The notes: a model not told the origin generated them from the letters alone. A stretch of 64,000 nucleotides of DNA from an uncultured Cyclobacteriaceae bacterium (GCA_937958005.1 CALGOB010000159.1:13488-77487); one strand, 5' to 3'. Counted from the first letter of the stretch, positions 1-9,969 are shown. Program-made: numbers and translations.

Positions 1-460
1 AATCATCAATACAGTTGACCATACTGTGTCTATAGAAGTGTTTTTTGGTACAGATGTAACTGCATTGATTCCTACTTTCACACTGTCTGAAGGTGCGACC
101 AGTAATCCAGCAAGTGGGGTGTCAATTGACTTTACTAGTCCTACTGGTATTGTAGTAACAGCAGAAGATGGCATCACTACGCAAGAATGGACGATAACTG
201 TCACTATTGAAGAAGTGATTACCTCAGTAGAGGAGGAGATCAAACTAGAAACCTATCCAAATCCTGCTTCAGAGTTACTGGTCGTTAAGTCTAAAGAGGC
301 AATAACTGCTTTCTTAATTGATCTAAATGGCAAGGCAGTCAGTCAGAAACAAACCGGTAAAGATTTACGATTTACCATGTCTGATTTAGGAATAGGCACT
401 TATCTACTGATCATTGAAAACGGAGAGAAAAGAATTCAGAAAAAGATTATAAAAAACTAA
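1..460 (+). CDS. C-terminal fragment of a secreted protein ending in a T9SS (Por) C-terminal sorting domain; ORF open to the left window edge
   Basis: Frame is open from nt 2 (the listed GTG at 26 is not the true start). The last ~75 aa (KLETYPNPASELLVV...GTYLLIIENGEKRIQKKIIKN) fit the type-A T9SS CTD pattern. Confidence 0.7.
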   Translation, partial: IINTVDHTVSIEVFFGTDVTALIPTFTLSEGATSNPASGVSIDFTSPTGIVVTAEDGITTQEWTITVTIEEVITSVEEEIKLETYPNPASELLVVKSKEAITAFLIDLNGKAVSQKQTGKDLRFTMSDLGIGTYLLIIENGEKRIQKKIIKN

Positions 461-522
461 GGAGAATCATGTAGTGGTGATTAATAGCTAATCAAGCTTG
501 ATCAAATTATATGCAACAACAA

Positions 523-557
523 AGTGACTGCCCTAAATAGGGTGGTCGCTTATTTTT
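523..557 (+). terminator. Rho-independent terminator after the T9SS-CTD gene
   Basis: 12-bp stem AGTGACTGCCCT / AGGGTGGTCGCT (three G-U wobbles), loop AAAT, then TATTTTT. Confidence 0.55.
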
Positions 558-835
558 GAACAGTTATACAAGTGTATAATTTTTGAACTGAATAGCCTAA
601 AATACGATGATGAAAAATATACTGAATATGATTTGTTATGATTACTACTGAGTGTTCTTATTGATCATGATCAAGTTATTCTCAGTAACAAATCCTAAAC
701 TGGATATCTTGAAGTAGAAAAACTTTCAATTCTCCAATCACAACTTTAAACAATTTCTAATTACTAGTATCCGAGGAAAAGGTTTTCATTTTTATACATT
801 TTGGAGGGTTGGCACGGTACGCCGTTGCGGTGATC

Positions 836-884
836 ATTTAGCGGGGTGTGAGAGACGTCGGCCGCTGCCGGGTTTAGGGTGGGA
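836..884 (-). repeat. R3 repeat (49-nt G-rich element), inverted relative to the copy at 59845-59892
   Basis: ATTTAGCGGGGTGT..GGCCGC..CGGGTTTA..GTGGGA. Its reverse complement recurs at 59845-59892 with the same identity blocks. It sits between GATCATT and AAATTATT, which are contiguous in R1. Confidence 0.6.
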
Positions 885-1130
885 GCTTTAAATTATTCGC
901 CAGGCGACCCTGTTGATTTTTTTGGTATTTTTTTCTTAAGAGGAAAAAACGGACGAAAGCTAGAGTTGTCAGCCCTTCGATTGATTTATAGGGGGTGTTT
1001 TTGAGCTTCAGAAATAATCTTTGATTAAACGATATCAATTTCAGTTTTTCTTCAATTTCAGTTTTACTTGGATGCCAGTAATTTCTAATAAACACATGAC
1101 TGATATTGATTGGAAACTTATATGGTTAAT

Positions 1131-1263
1131 CCTACTTTGTCATCTTACTAAAATACCCCAACCTGTTTCCCGGCCTTGCCACCTTGGCAGATTGTAAAGG
1201 TTGGCTGTGAAGACACAGCCAAAGGCATGAAGTATCTACTTTTGTCTAAGATGACAAGGTAGG
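1131..1263 (+). other. Long hairpin; candidate structured RNA of unknown class
   Basis: Uninterrupted 17-bp outer stem (1131-1147 with 1247-1263). It encloses TTGGCTGTG-aaga-CACAGCCAA (1201-1222) and TGCCA-cct-TGGCA (1177-1189). A weak hairpin plus T-rich tail follows at 1274-1310. No credible ORF. Confidence 0.3.
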
Positions 1264-1311
1264 AATAACTTAGACTACCGTCTTTTAGACTGGTAGTTTA
1301 TTTGTATTTTT

Positions 1312-1362
1312 AAAACCCTCTAAAACTAAATTGATCATCGATTCAATAAGTTTTAGAGGGTG
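1312..1362 (-). terminator. Probable terminator of the 775-aa PKD/beta-helix gene
   Basis: CCCTCTAAAAC (1316-1326) / GTTTTAGAGGG (1350-1360), 15 nt beyond the stop at 1377. A TTTT run follows on the minus strand. Confidence 0.5.
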
Positions 1363-1376
1363 CATAACACTAATTG

Positions 1377-3704
1377 TTAATTATCATCTTGAGAATCTCC
1401 AGAGGAGTTATCTGTGAACGTTAAGTTGGAAGAAACAAGTGTTCCATCTCTTTGAACCCTGATGCCAAACCCCCCACTTAAATTGATAGTGATATTGTCT
1501 AGATTAAGGAGGCCATTACGCCCTACTTCTATATTGGCACGCCTATTCGCTCCGTCAAAACCTCTACTTCCACCATTGGAAACAGTGGTGAAAGTAACTA
1601 TGTTGTTTGCATTTCTGGAATCGAAGCGAAGACCCCTCCAGAACCCGCTTACATTTTGTTCACCTGCAAAAGTTACAGGGTTACTGGCAGTTCCATTTAC
1701 TTGTAAAAAGCCATCTTGTGAAGATTGAAGACCTCCATCTGTGCTCGAAATAAAATTAGTACCTGCAGCTACAGTGACTCCGCCTCCAATAATGGTTTCT
1801 ACATTATTAGGGATTCTATAAGGAACATTTAGCGAATTCCAGGTTACCATTTGATTAATAGATGAACGAGACCTAAACCCATCTATGTAGTCATTTGTAT
1901 TCCCGGAATAGTCAGATTCACTGTCCATGTAATGCCAATTTATAGGACTTATCCTTACAGGAACATTATTGTTACTGATTGTATTGTTAGTGAAATCGGG
2001 CAATTTGGAATCATCATTTCTTAAATAAACGCCTACGTCATCACTTTTAGTGATAGTAGAAGATTGAATGACTAAACGGCCATTTCCTTCTACCATAACA
2101 TTGGCTTTTAAATTGGCGCCATCAAACCCTCTTTGTCCACCATTTGAGACTTGTGTGTGAATCAATTGATTAGAAGCATTGTTAGATTCAAATGATAACC
2201 CTCTCCAAGATCCTTCGGTATCATTTTCGCCTCGGAATATAATAGGGGCATCCATGGTGCCAGTGGCATTCAATGATCCGTTTTCAGTAATGAAAATTCC
2301 AGCCTCTGAAATACCTAAAAACTCTGCCCCTGGTTCTATGATTATGTTACTGCTAATACTAGTAACCCCTGTGGCTAATCTATAGGGCACGTTTAGCTTG
2401 TTCCAAGTAACATCTTGATCTGTAGTGGTTCTAGAACTAGTATTGATATAATCATTAGTATTTCCTGTATAATCAGACCCACTATCAAAAAAATGATAAT
2501 GATTAACTAATGAGCTTATAGGTATTGTATTCTCTTTAATTATATTGTTTGTAAAATTTACTAATTCAGATTCCGCACTTCTAATCAGTAAACCATTTCC
2601 ATCGGCATTACTGATGGTACTGTTTGTTAAAGTAAGTTTACCATCATTTTGAAGGGTTATATTTGCTTTTAAACCAGCTCCATCAAATCCATTGCTTCCA
2701 CCTCCGGAAATTTCTATAAAAGATAAAACATTAGAAGTATTATTAGAGGTGATTAATAACCCTCTCCAAAAACCTTTGGTAGATTCTTCTCCTTTAAAAA
2801 CAATACTATCAGTACTTGTTCCTATGGCATTGATACTTCCACCACTAGTAACAATCATGCCAGTGTTCTCTTGAAAACCAATAGATACGCCCTCATTTAT
2901 AGTTAAATCAGCAGTTATGCTAATAATAGATTGACTAGTTGGAACTAAATAATCTAAATATTTAGAGTCTTCGTAAACATTGGCAAGAGTTTCATTAGCA
3001 GAAATATCTTGGGTGAGTAGAATTGGTATTCTTTTTACTTCTAGGTTAGCTTCTGCTATTCCTGCATTTCCATCACTGTCAGTGACTGTTAATTGGATCG
3101 TGTAGATTCCTACTGTTTCCGAAGAAAAGGTAGCTTCATTAGTCGCTGCATTAACTAACATAGGGACGCTACCATCTGGTTGTTGTGTGATTTCCCACTG
3201 ATAGGTAGCCAAAGTGAGCCCATCCTCTAAATCAAAAGATGTTTGACCTGATAAAATGAACTCTTCATTTGGTCTGAAAACATTGTTGTCTTCAGTGATT
3301 TCCCTAGAATCTGCATTGGTAATCATAGCAGTTGGATTTGCCCCAGAAGAAGCTATTATAGTGATTGACTCTTCCCCTGATTGATTCCCATCAGATACTG
3401 AAAGATTTACTGTGTAATTCCCTTCCACATCTGTTGTGAAAGAAGCAATTGCCGTATTTGCATCAGTTAAGGTTGCATTACTGCCAGTAGGTTGATCTGC
3501 CAATATCCAACTATAAGTTAATGTTTCTCCTTCAGGGTCAAGAGATCCTTGTCCATTTAATGTGACCTCTTGGTTTATCCCTACTAATTCAGGAGCAATT
3601 ATAAGTGCACTTGGAGGTAAGTTTAATACATCATCAACTTCACCTCCACAAGCAACTATCATGACTAATGCGATGGAACATAAAATTAAATATACTTTTT
3701 TCAT
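1377..3704 (-). CDS. Surface lipoprotein with two PKD-like domains and three beta-helix-like repeats
   Basis: Lipobox (ALVMIVAC). PKD-like modules LNGQGSLDPEGETLTYSW and LSGQTSFDLEDG..TYQWE. Three ~150-aa internal repeats each carry G.WRGL.F.S.N and GG..GFDGA.LKANI. Confidence 0.85.
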   Translation of the reverse strand: MKKVYLILCSIALVMIVACGGEVDDVLNLPPSALIIAPELVGINQEVTLNGQGSLDPEGETLTYSWILADQPTGSNATLTDANTAIASFTTDVEGNYTVNLSVSDGNQSGEESITIIASSGANPTAMITNADSREITEDNNVFRPNEEFILSGQTSFDLEDGLTLATYQWEITQQPDGSVPMLVNAATNEATFSSETVGIYTIQLTVTDSDGNAGIAEANLEVKRIPILLTQDISANETLANVYEDSKYLDYLVPTSQSIISITADLTINEGVSIGFQENTGMIVTSGGSINAIGTSTDSIVFKGEESTKGFWRGLLITSNNTSNVLSFIEISGGGSNGFDGAGLKANITLQNDGKLTLTNSTISNADGNGLLIRSAESELVNFTNNIIKENTIPISSLVNHYHFFDSGSDYTGNTNDYINTSSRTTTDQDVTWNKLNVPYRLATGVTSISSNIIIEPGAEFLGISEAGIFITENGSLNATGTMDAPIIFRGENDTEGSWRGLSFESNNASNQLIHTQVSNGGQRGFDGANLKANVMVEGNGRLVIQSSTITKSDDVGVYLRNDDSKLPDFTNNTISNNNVPVRISPINWHYMDSESDYSGNTNDYIDGFRSRSSINQMVTWNSLNVPYRIPNNVETIIGGGVTVAAGTNFISSTDGGLQSSQDGFLQVNGTASNPVTFAGEQNVSGFWRGLRFDSRNANNIVTFTTVSNGGSRGFDGANRRANIEVGRNGLLNLDNITINLSGGFGIRVQRDGTLVSSNLTFTDNSSGDSQDDN

Positions 3705-3986
3705 ACAATCTTTATTATTTAAGTTTTGTCAAGACTTAGTGGGATGCAGAAATGGATAGGTTACCAGAAAAATGATTTTTTTTATAAAAAATGTTATTAA
3801 ACCTATTATTTTGCATTTACTGACTATTAATTAAATGATAAGACTATGCGAATAAGTTGATCAAATAAGTAATTCGCTTTCATTTTTAATAGTTGATAGA
3901 TTATATGGATTAGCTCACCATGAAAATAAATATTGGTATTACGGTAACCTATTCGGAAATAGTTTCACTAATTAACGAATGATCAT

Positions 3987-4541
3987 TTGAAAGTAGCAGA
4001 AGATTTTTTGCAAAGAATAAAAGAAGGAGATGAATCCTATATGGAAAATCTATATGGGAATTGGCGAAATGACTTTAAAATTTGGTTTGAACAAAAGTAT
4101 AAATTGAATAGTGAAGAAAGCTCTTCGTTATATCAAGATGCTTTTTTGGCATTTTACATGAATATTAAAAGTGAAAAAATATTAGAGATAGATCACCCAA
4201 AAACTTACCTCTTTGGTATCGGGAAGAACTTAATGAGGCAAAAATTTAAGACCTCAGATAGAATCATAGAAAATATAGAAGACACGGAAATAATTGACAA
4301 CGAGACTTTTTTAACCTTTCAAGAAAAGTTAGACGAAAATGACCAAATGATGAAAGTATTGGAGATTTTTGGTGAGCCATGTAAATCTCTTTTGCTAATG
4401 TTTTACTTCCATAGTTTTAGCCATGATGTAATAGCTGAAAGAATGGGATATAAAAATGACAAAGTAGTAAAGAAGAAGAAAAGCCTGTGTATGTCAGAAT
4501 TGAGAAAAATGTGGAATGAGTTTCAAAACAAAATCAAATGA
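3987..4541 (+). CDS. ECF-type RNA polymerase sigma-70 family factor
   Basis: 184 aa with sigma region-2-like N-half and a C-terminal HTH (SHDVIAERMGYKNDKVVKKKKSLCMSELRK). TTG start, with an ATG alternative at 4041. Stop overlaps the next start (ATGA). Confidence 0.75.
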   Translation: MKVAEDFLQRIKEGDESYMENLYGNWRNDFKIWFEQKYKLNSEESSSLYQDAFLAFYMNIKSEKILEIDHPKTYLFGIGKNLMRQKFKTSDRIIENIEDTEIIDNETFLTFQEKLDENDQMMKVLEIFGEPCKSLLLMFYFHSFSHDVIAERMGYKNDKVVKKKKSLCMSELRKMWNEFQNKIK

Positions 4542-5281
4542 TCATGGGGTTTGATGAAGATTTATTAGCTCTTTTTGATCAATACAATGCAGGCAAATTG
4601 ACCGATGTGGAGGTAAATTCATTTGAAAGTAGACTTATTTCGGATGAGTCTTTTAAAAGTGATTACCAGGCTTACCAAACTATTAGAAGTGGGATTGCAA
4701 ATACAGGATATGAACAGTTAAGACAGAATATAGCAACTTGGGAAGCAAAGCTTTCAGAAGAACCGAGTCAAAGAAAGTCTAAAAACTGGTTTGGGTTAGG
4801 CCTAGCAGCATCCGTCTCTTTGATCATCATGATTGGTGCTTGGTGGATGTTTTTGTCAAAACCAAGTAATGAAGAAATTTTTGCTTCCTATTACAAAGCC
4901 TATCCAAATGTTGTTTCTGATAGGGGAGATAATAATGAACTAAACGAAGGTTTATTTGAGTATTCATTAAAGAATTATCAAACTGCTGAAAATAAGTTGA
5001 ACAAGTACTTAAAAGACCATCCTGAAAATCTTCAAGTATTGTTCTATTTAGGACAATCTCAATTGGCTGTTGGAAACACCGAGAAAGCGATTCATGTATT
5101 TGAAGAACTTCTAAAAAAGGGGCAATTTCCGCTGAATGATGCTACTGAATGGTACCTTTCCTTGGCTTATTTAAAGGAGGGACAGAATATAAAAACTATT
5201 GAATTATTGAATTTAATTACGCTAGATAATAATCATGCTTATGGAACACAAGCAGAACAATTATTAAAAACTATTAACTAA
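4538..5281 (+). CDS. Putative anti-sigma factor (single-pass membrane protein with TPR-like C-domain)
   Basis: Translationally coupled to the sigma gene. One TM helix (WFGLGLAASVSLIIMIGAWWMFL). TPR-like C-terminal half. Confidence 0.65.
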   Translation: MIMGFDEDLLALFDQYNAGKLTDVEVNSFESRLISDESFKSDYQAYQTIRSGIANTGYEQLRQNIATWEAKLSEEPSQRKSKNWFGLGLAASVSLIIMIGAWWMFLSKPSNEEIFASYYKAYPNVVSDRGDNNELNEGLFEYSLKNYQTAENKLNKYLKDHPENLQVLFYLGQSQLAVGNTEKAIHVFEELLKKGQFPLNDATEWYLSLAYLKEGQNIKTIELLNLITLDNNHAYGTQAEQLLKTIN

Positions 5282-5290
5282 AACACTCAA

Positions 5291-5995
5291 ATGAAGATGA
5301 TAACTTCTAAAAATTTAATGCAATTGTTTCTTGTAATGATTATTGCATTTGGATGTGAGACTTCTGAACAGGATGAATTTGATTCACTTAACTCAGGATT
5401 AAACCCTGCAATTGGTGAGGCTTCAAAAGATGAAGATTCAGAGGATGATGAAGACGATGAGCCTGTTTACATTGTCTACAATGGTACTACAGTAAAATTT
5501 AACTTTGAACAGTGTAAGAAAAAAGGCAATTCTTACGATTGTGAAAACCTGAGCCAGGTAGCAAGTCAGGTAAGTCAAGCTGTTAGGGGGACGATTAGAC
5601 CTAGGAGACCGAAAGAATGCCCGCAGATAGGAGTAGAAAAACCACTTTTAGTTGGAGATAAGAGGCAAAGTTTTGGGTCAACTTGTATGTCTAAAGTTTG
5701 TGATGGCTTATTTGGAACAGTCTGTTTTCCGGAAGTAACTTCCTTCAAATTAGCTATTCACTCTGTCATTCCTTCAGCAATTGAAGCTCGAATTATCTTG
5801 AATGGAGAGATAATAGAAATCATAAATGGAGAAGAGCAAGGAACTATTTCTTACGATGAGGAAAATTCACTGGCTACCTTAAATTTTGAAACGCCATTGT
5901 TCGAGCTTTATGAACAAGAGGTTATTGTTGAAGTATTGACCATAGTAGAGTTAGAAGGAGAATTGATGGAGACTAATCTTAAAGTTCAATTATAA
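5291..5995 (+). CDS. Cys-rich lipoprotein of unknown function
   Basis: Lipobox MIIAFGC, acidic linker DEDSEDDEDDE and 8 Cys. Packed between the anti-sigma and CHAT genes. Confidence 0.7.
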   Translation: MKMITSKNLMQLFLVMIIAFGCETSEQDEFDSLNSGLNPAIGEASKDEDSEDDEDDEPVYIVYNGTTVKFNFEQCKKKGNSYDCENLSQVASQVSQAVRGTIRPRRPKECPQIGVEKPLLVGDKRQSFGSTCMSKVCDGLFGTVCFPEVTSFKLAIHSVIPSAIEARIILNGEIIEIINGEEQGTISYDEENSLATLNFETPLFELYEQEVIVEVLTIVELEGELMETNLKVQL

Positions 5996-6093
5996 AAGAA
6001 ATTTGTGCCAATAGGGTTTTTACTCTATTGGCATTACTTCATCATATGTTATTTTGATGTTTTCGGTGTAACTTTCCATTAAAATGGTAAATT

Positions 6094-8964
6094 TTGGAAA
6101 GTAAAGGGCTTGCATTATTTGTTCTGGTTGTTTTTTTGATGATTTCATTTGAAATTTGGGGTCAATCACAAAATGTAAATCAAAAAATAGACAGCTTATA
6201 TGGTGTGATATATGGAGGTCCTTTCTATAGTGATTTTGAGATTTCAACTAATCATCTAAATAAAATACAATTACTTGCTGAGCAGAATAATTTAGTTTCT
6301 AGAATCGCACAATGTCACATAAATAGGGCATGGCTTGCACAGAATTTCAATGATTTGAAGTTAATGCAATTTGGAATTAACCAAGCTAAATTGCTTGAAA
6401 GAGCATACCCAGATAGCTTAAGTGCTGTGTTAAAAGGTGACATTGCTTACACAGAAGCATCCTATTTGCGGAGACTAGGGGATTATTTAGGGGCTATTTC
6501 AGCCTATCGAAATATTGTAAATGGAGAATTAACTGATTCACTGCTTTTCTATGATACTTTTACAAGTATTGGTATAAACTATTTATCAAGCGGGAATGTC
6601 GCCAGAGCACTTGAAAACTATCAAAAAGCGCTTTTTTACCTCCCTAAATCTTTAGATGAGGAAAATTATCAACTAGAACAGTCTATTGGCTATCAGAGTA
6701 TAGGTACTGCCTATATAACCATGTATAAGCAAACTTCGGATTCTATGTTTGCTTCAAAGGCCAAAGAATATTTGGAACAGTCACTTTTATTATTAGAATC
6801 ATTAACGGATTTACCAGCGCAGAGAATTAATAAATCTTCTACCTTAATTAATTTATCAAAAGCATATGCTTTGCTAGGTGATCACCAAAAGGCTTTAACT
6901 TTACTTATTCCTGCAAGAGAATTACTAAGGTCAAATGAGGCATTTCTCAATTATGTAGAGAAACAAAAAGGTGATATCCTTCTTGAAAAAGGAAAACCAA
7001 ATGAAGCATCTCTAAGTTACCGGAAGGCGTTAAAAATTGCAAATGCCAAGTATGGTTCATCTGATGCTAGGACTATGGAATTGATACAGAGACTATCAAA
7101 ATCCAGTAGGGAAGAAGGGAAAATCAAAGAATCAATCATGTATGCTAAAAATGGTTTGAGCTCTTTCAAAGGAAAAAGTGAGTTTTTAAGCATAGAATCT
7201 AAGGCGATACTAATACTTCCACTACAAGTTGAATATGTACTTAGTAGATTTAAAAAGGCACTATTGGATGATCAGGTTAATTTCAGTGATTCTGTTTTAG
7301 TAGATTTTCATCAAGTTGTTCAGTTAGCAGAAACATTGAGAAAAACATTTCCTTCTAGAGAATTCAAAGAGTTTCTCTCAGTTCAAAGTAAAGAGTTAAT
7401 GGAAGGAGCTATTATGTTGGCATGGAAAAACTATCAAAAAACTAAAAATGGAAGATATATATCAGAGGCATTTTGGTTCTCAGAGAAATCTAAATCCCTT
7501 ACGTTATTAGAGAAGATTCAAGGTCGGGAGGCAATTAAATATGCAAATATTCCAGATAGTGCATTGGTTAAGACAGATAAGTTGAGAAGAGAAATCACTT
7601 TAGCAGAAGAAATTCTAAAAAAGAGTAACCATAAGGACGAAAAGACACTTAATTTACTAGAGAATAAACATACTGATCTTGAGAAACATATAGCGTTTTT
7701 AGAAAAGGAATTTCCTACTTATTATCAGTTAAAATATGATGATAATGTACCTGATTTAGATAATATTCAAAAGGCGTTAAAACACGGCGAGTTAATCATT
7801 CATTATTTTGCCGCTAAAGAATTCCTATATGCTATTTATTTATCAAAGGAACTAAGATCATTTAAAAAATATGAATTATCAAAAGAAAAATTCAATAATT
7901 ATTTGTCATGTCTCCATACTAACCCAGCAAAGAATAAGGATTCATTTCCATTTGAGACTTACCGTAAGCTATCAATGGAAATCTCAAGGCAAATCTTTGA
8001 TTTTGAATTACTAAAAGGCGTTGACCAACTAAATATTATTCCAGATGGATTATTACATTATTTGCCATTTGAAACGTTGATTAATGATCTATCTGGGAAA
8101 TTTATGGTTGAAGATTTTGATATTAGCTATGAACTTTCGTTAAAGCTAAGAAAAATTAATAATCAACTTCAAAATAACAAGATTAATAATTACTCAGGTT
8201 TTGCGCCTACTTATCGGACAGGGCAAGTAGTCACTTTAAGAAATGGTCAAGGTAATCGTAGAATTAAAGAATATAAATTAGGAAGATTGTTATATAACAC
8301 ATTAGAGGTATATGAAATGCAAAAAATACTTGGCGGTGTGGCCTATTATGGCGAGGAGGCAACAGAAGCGGCTTTTTTAAAACAGGTGAAGCCCCATAGT
8401 ATATTTCACCTGAGTGCCCATGGTGTTTCTAACGAACAATCCCCATTAAATTCAGCTATATTTTTCACCAACCCAAATGAGCAATTTGGTAAAAATGATA
8501 ATGTTCTACATGCACATGAAATTTATGGCATTAGTATCCCTGAAAGTGTTGGCATATTGAGTGCATGTGAAAGTGGTTATGGAAAATACGCATCAGGAGA
8601 AGGGCTAATAAGTTTGCAGAGAGCTTTTTATTATGCAGGATGCAATAGTTTGATTGCTAGTTTATGGAATGCAAATGATGAATCTAGTTATCGGATCATG
8701 TTAAACTTCGGAAAATACTTGATAAAAGGAGAGCGAAAAAGTCATGCACTTCGTTTAGCGAAAATAGACTTTATTAATGCCTATTCGCCTGCTTTTAGAC
8801 ATCCATATTATTGGGCAAACTATACTTTAACCGGTAACTATGGAAAAATGAATTTTGAGAATAAAAATAGGGACTGGTTACTTTATGGATTGATTTTGTC
8901 GGGATTTCTTTTAGGAGTTTTTATGATCATTAAAAAACAAAAATCACTAAACCGAACTAGGTGA
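6094..8964 (+). CDS. TPR-repeat / CHAT-domain (caspase-like protease) protein with C-terminal membrane anchor
   Basis: 956 aa with an N-terminal signal/anchor and ~500 aa of TPR-like repeats. CHAT His (SAHG, codon 8419-8421) and Cys (SACESG, codon 8566-8568). Terminal TM helix LLYGLILSGFLLGVFMII. TTG start. Confidence 0.85.
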   Translation: MESKGLALFVLVVFLMISFEIWGQSQNVNQKIDSLYGVIYGGPFYSDFEISTNHLNKIQLLAEQNNLVSRIAQCHINRAWLAQNFNDLKLMQFGINQAKLLERAYPDSLSAVLKGDIAYTEASYLRRLGDYLGAISAYRNIVNGELTDSLLFYDTFTSIGINYLSSGNVARALENYQKALFYLPKSLDEENYQLEQSIGYQSIGTAYITMYKQTSDSMFASKAKEYLEQSLLLLESLTDLPAQRINKSSTLINLSKAYALLGDHQKALTLLIPARELLRSNEAFLNYVEKQKGDILLEKGKPNEASLSYRKALKIANAKYGSSDARTMELIQRLSKSSREEGKIKESIMYAKNGLSSFKGKSEFLSIESKAILILPLQVEYVLSRFKKALLDDQVNFSDSVLVDFHQVVQLAETLRKTFPSREFKEFLSVQSKELMEGAIMLAWKNYQKTKNGRYISEAFWFSEKSKSLTLLEKIQGREAIKYANIPDSALVKTDKLRREITLAEEILKKSNHKDEKTLNLLENKHTDLEKHIAFLEKEFPTYYQLKYDDNVPDLDNIQKALKHGELIIHYFAAKEFLYAIYLSKELRSFKKYELSKEKFNNYLSCLHTNPAKNKDSFPFETYRKLSMEISRQIFDFELLKGVDQLNIIPDGLLHYLPFETLINDLSGKFMVEDFDISYELSLKLRKINNQLQNNKINNYSGFAPTYRTGQVVTLRNGQGNRRIKEYKLGRLLYNTLEVYEMQKILGGVAYYGEEATEAAFLKQVKPHSIFHLSAHGVSNEQSPLNSAIFFTNPNEQFGKNDNVLHAHEIYGISIPESVGILSACESGYGKYASGEGLISLQRAFYYAGCNSLIASLWNANDESSYRIMLNFGKYLIKGERKSHALRLAKIDFINAYSPAFRHPYYWANYTLTGNYGKMNFENKNRDWLLYGLILSGFLLGVFMIIKKQKSLNRTR

Positions 8965-9023
8965 GTGCTTAACTATTCAATAAAGAACCATTTCAGCCAA
9001 TTGCTCAGTTAGTCTTGATCAAT

Positions 9024-9734
9024 TCAATAAATTTCCGTCAATTCAAATTGTTCATTATTAGAGTCTAGTAATTTTCCTTTTTCACATTTTAAAACTCGAG
9101 CTGGATATTGCTCTATAAAATGATGATTGTGAGTTGCCATTAAAATAGCTGTACCACTTTTATTAATTTCGAGGAATAATTTAAATATTCCATCTGAAAC
9201 TTCTGGGTCTAAATTACCTGTAGGCTCATCAGCAAATAGAATCATCGGTTCGTTTACCAAGGCTCTTGCGATGACAATGCGTTGCTGTTCTCCTCCTGAG
9301 AGTTGATGAGGCATTTTTCCCGATACAGATCCTAAACCAACACGCATTAAAACCTCTGCTAACCTTGATTTCATTTTTGCCTTATCTTTCCAGCCAGTAG
9401 CTTTCATGACAAAGAAAATATTTTCTGATACAGTTCTATCAGGAAATAATTGAAAGTCTTGAAAGATGATACCAATTTTTCTACGTAAGAAAGGAATTTC
9501 TTTTCTCTTAACCTCACGAATATTATATTCACCCAACCTAATATTTCCTAACCTCAGTGGAAGATCGGCATAAAGTGTTTTTAATAAGGACGATTTACCA
9601 CTTCCTGTTCTGCCAACTAAATAGACAAATTCGCCTTTCTCTATATTGAAGTTCAGATGACTAAGAATAGAGTTATTTTCTTGAAAGATTGTAGCATCAG
9701 CTACTTGTATTACAGGATCATTGGAAAAAGACAT
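9024..9734 (-). CDS. ftsE: Cell-division ABC ATPase FtsE-like
   Basis: Walker A GRTGSGKS, signature LSGGEQQR and Walker B ILFADEPTG, with FtsE-like size and ends. Confidence 0.8.
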   Translation of the reverse strand: MSFSNDPVIQVADATIFQENNSILSHLNFNIEKGEFVYLVGRTGSGKSSLLKTLYADLPLRLGNIRLGEYNIREVKRKEIPFLRRKIGIIFQDFQLFPDRTVSENIFFVMKATGWKDKAKMKSRLAEVLMRVGLGSVSGKMPHQLSGGEQQRIVIARALVNEPMILFADEPTGNLDPEVSDGIFKLFLEINKSGTAILMATHNHHFIEQYPARVLKCEKGKLLDSNNEQFELTEIY

Positions 9735-9742
9735 ACCTCTAA

Positions 9743-9946
9743 TTAAATTTCTAATTTCTGTAATTTACCAAAAGGAAGTGAATTGATCACTTCCTGTAGA
9801 GCTTCTTCTTTCCCTTCTAAGCCATATTTCTCTAGTTTTTTTAAAGGTCGATCTGCTCTGAAATAAGCAATCAAGACAAAGTTATCATCTCTAAGTTGTA
9901 TATAATTAGGGATTTTAGCTTTTCCTTTTACTTTAATTATGTACAT
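9743..9946 (-). CDS. Small hypothetical protein (67 aa)
   Basis: ATG-started ORF tightly packed between ftsE and fsa. No family recognised. Confidence 0.4.
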   Translation of the reverse strand: MYIIKVKGKAKIPNYIQLRDDNFVLIAYFRADRPLKKLEKYGLEGKEEALQEVINSLPFGKLQKLEI

Positions 9947-9969
9947 ATAGCTATTTGAGCTTGGTCGGA

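Noticed and set aside
874-1095. 73-aa minus-strand ORF
   Set aside because: It overlaps the R3 repeat and homopolymer runs, has an odd composition and has no neighbours in an operon.
1462-3759. Plus-strand ORFs 1462-1728, 2179-2385, 2692-2874 and 3562-3759
   Set aside because: All are antisense shadows inside the well-supported 775-aa PKD/beta-helix gene.
3760-3986. ECF-type promoter (GTAACC...CGT) upstream of the sigma gene
   Set aside because: GGTAACC occurs at about 3943, but no CGT-type -10 lies at 16-17 nt spacing. There is not enough evidence to call a promoter by eye.
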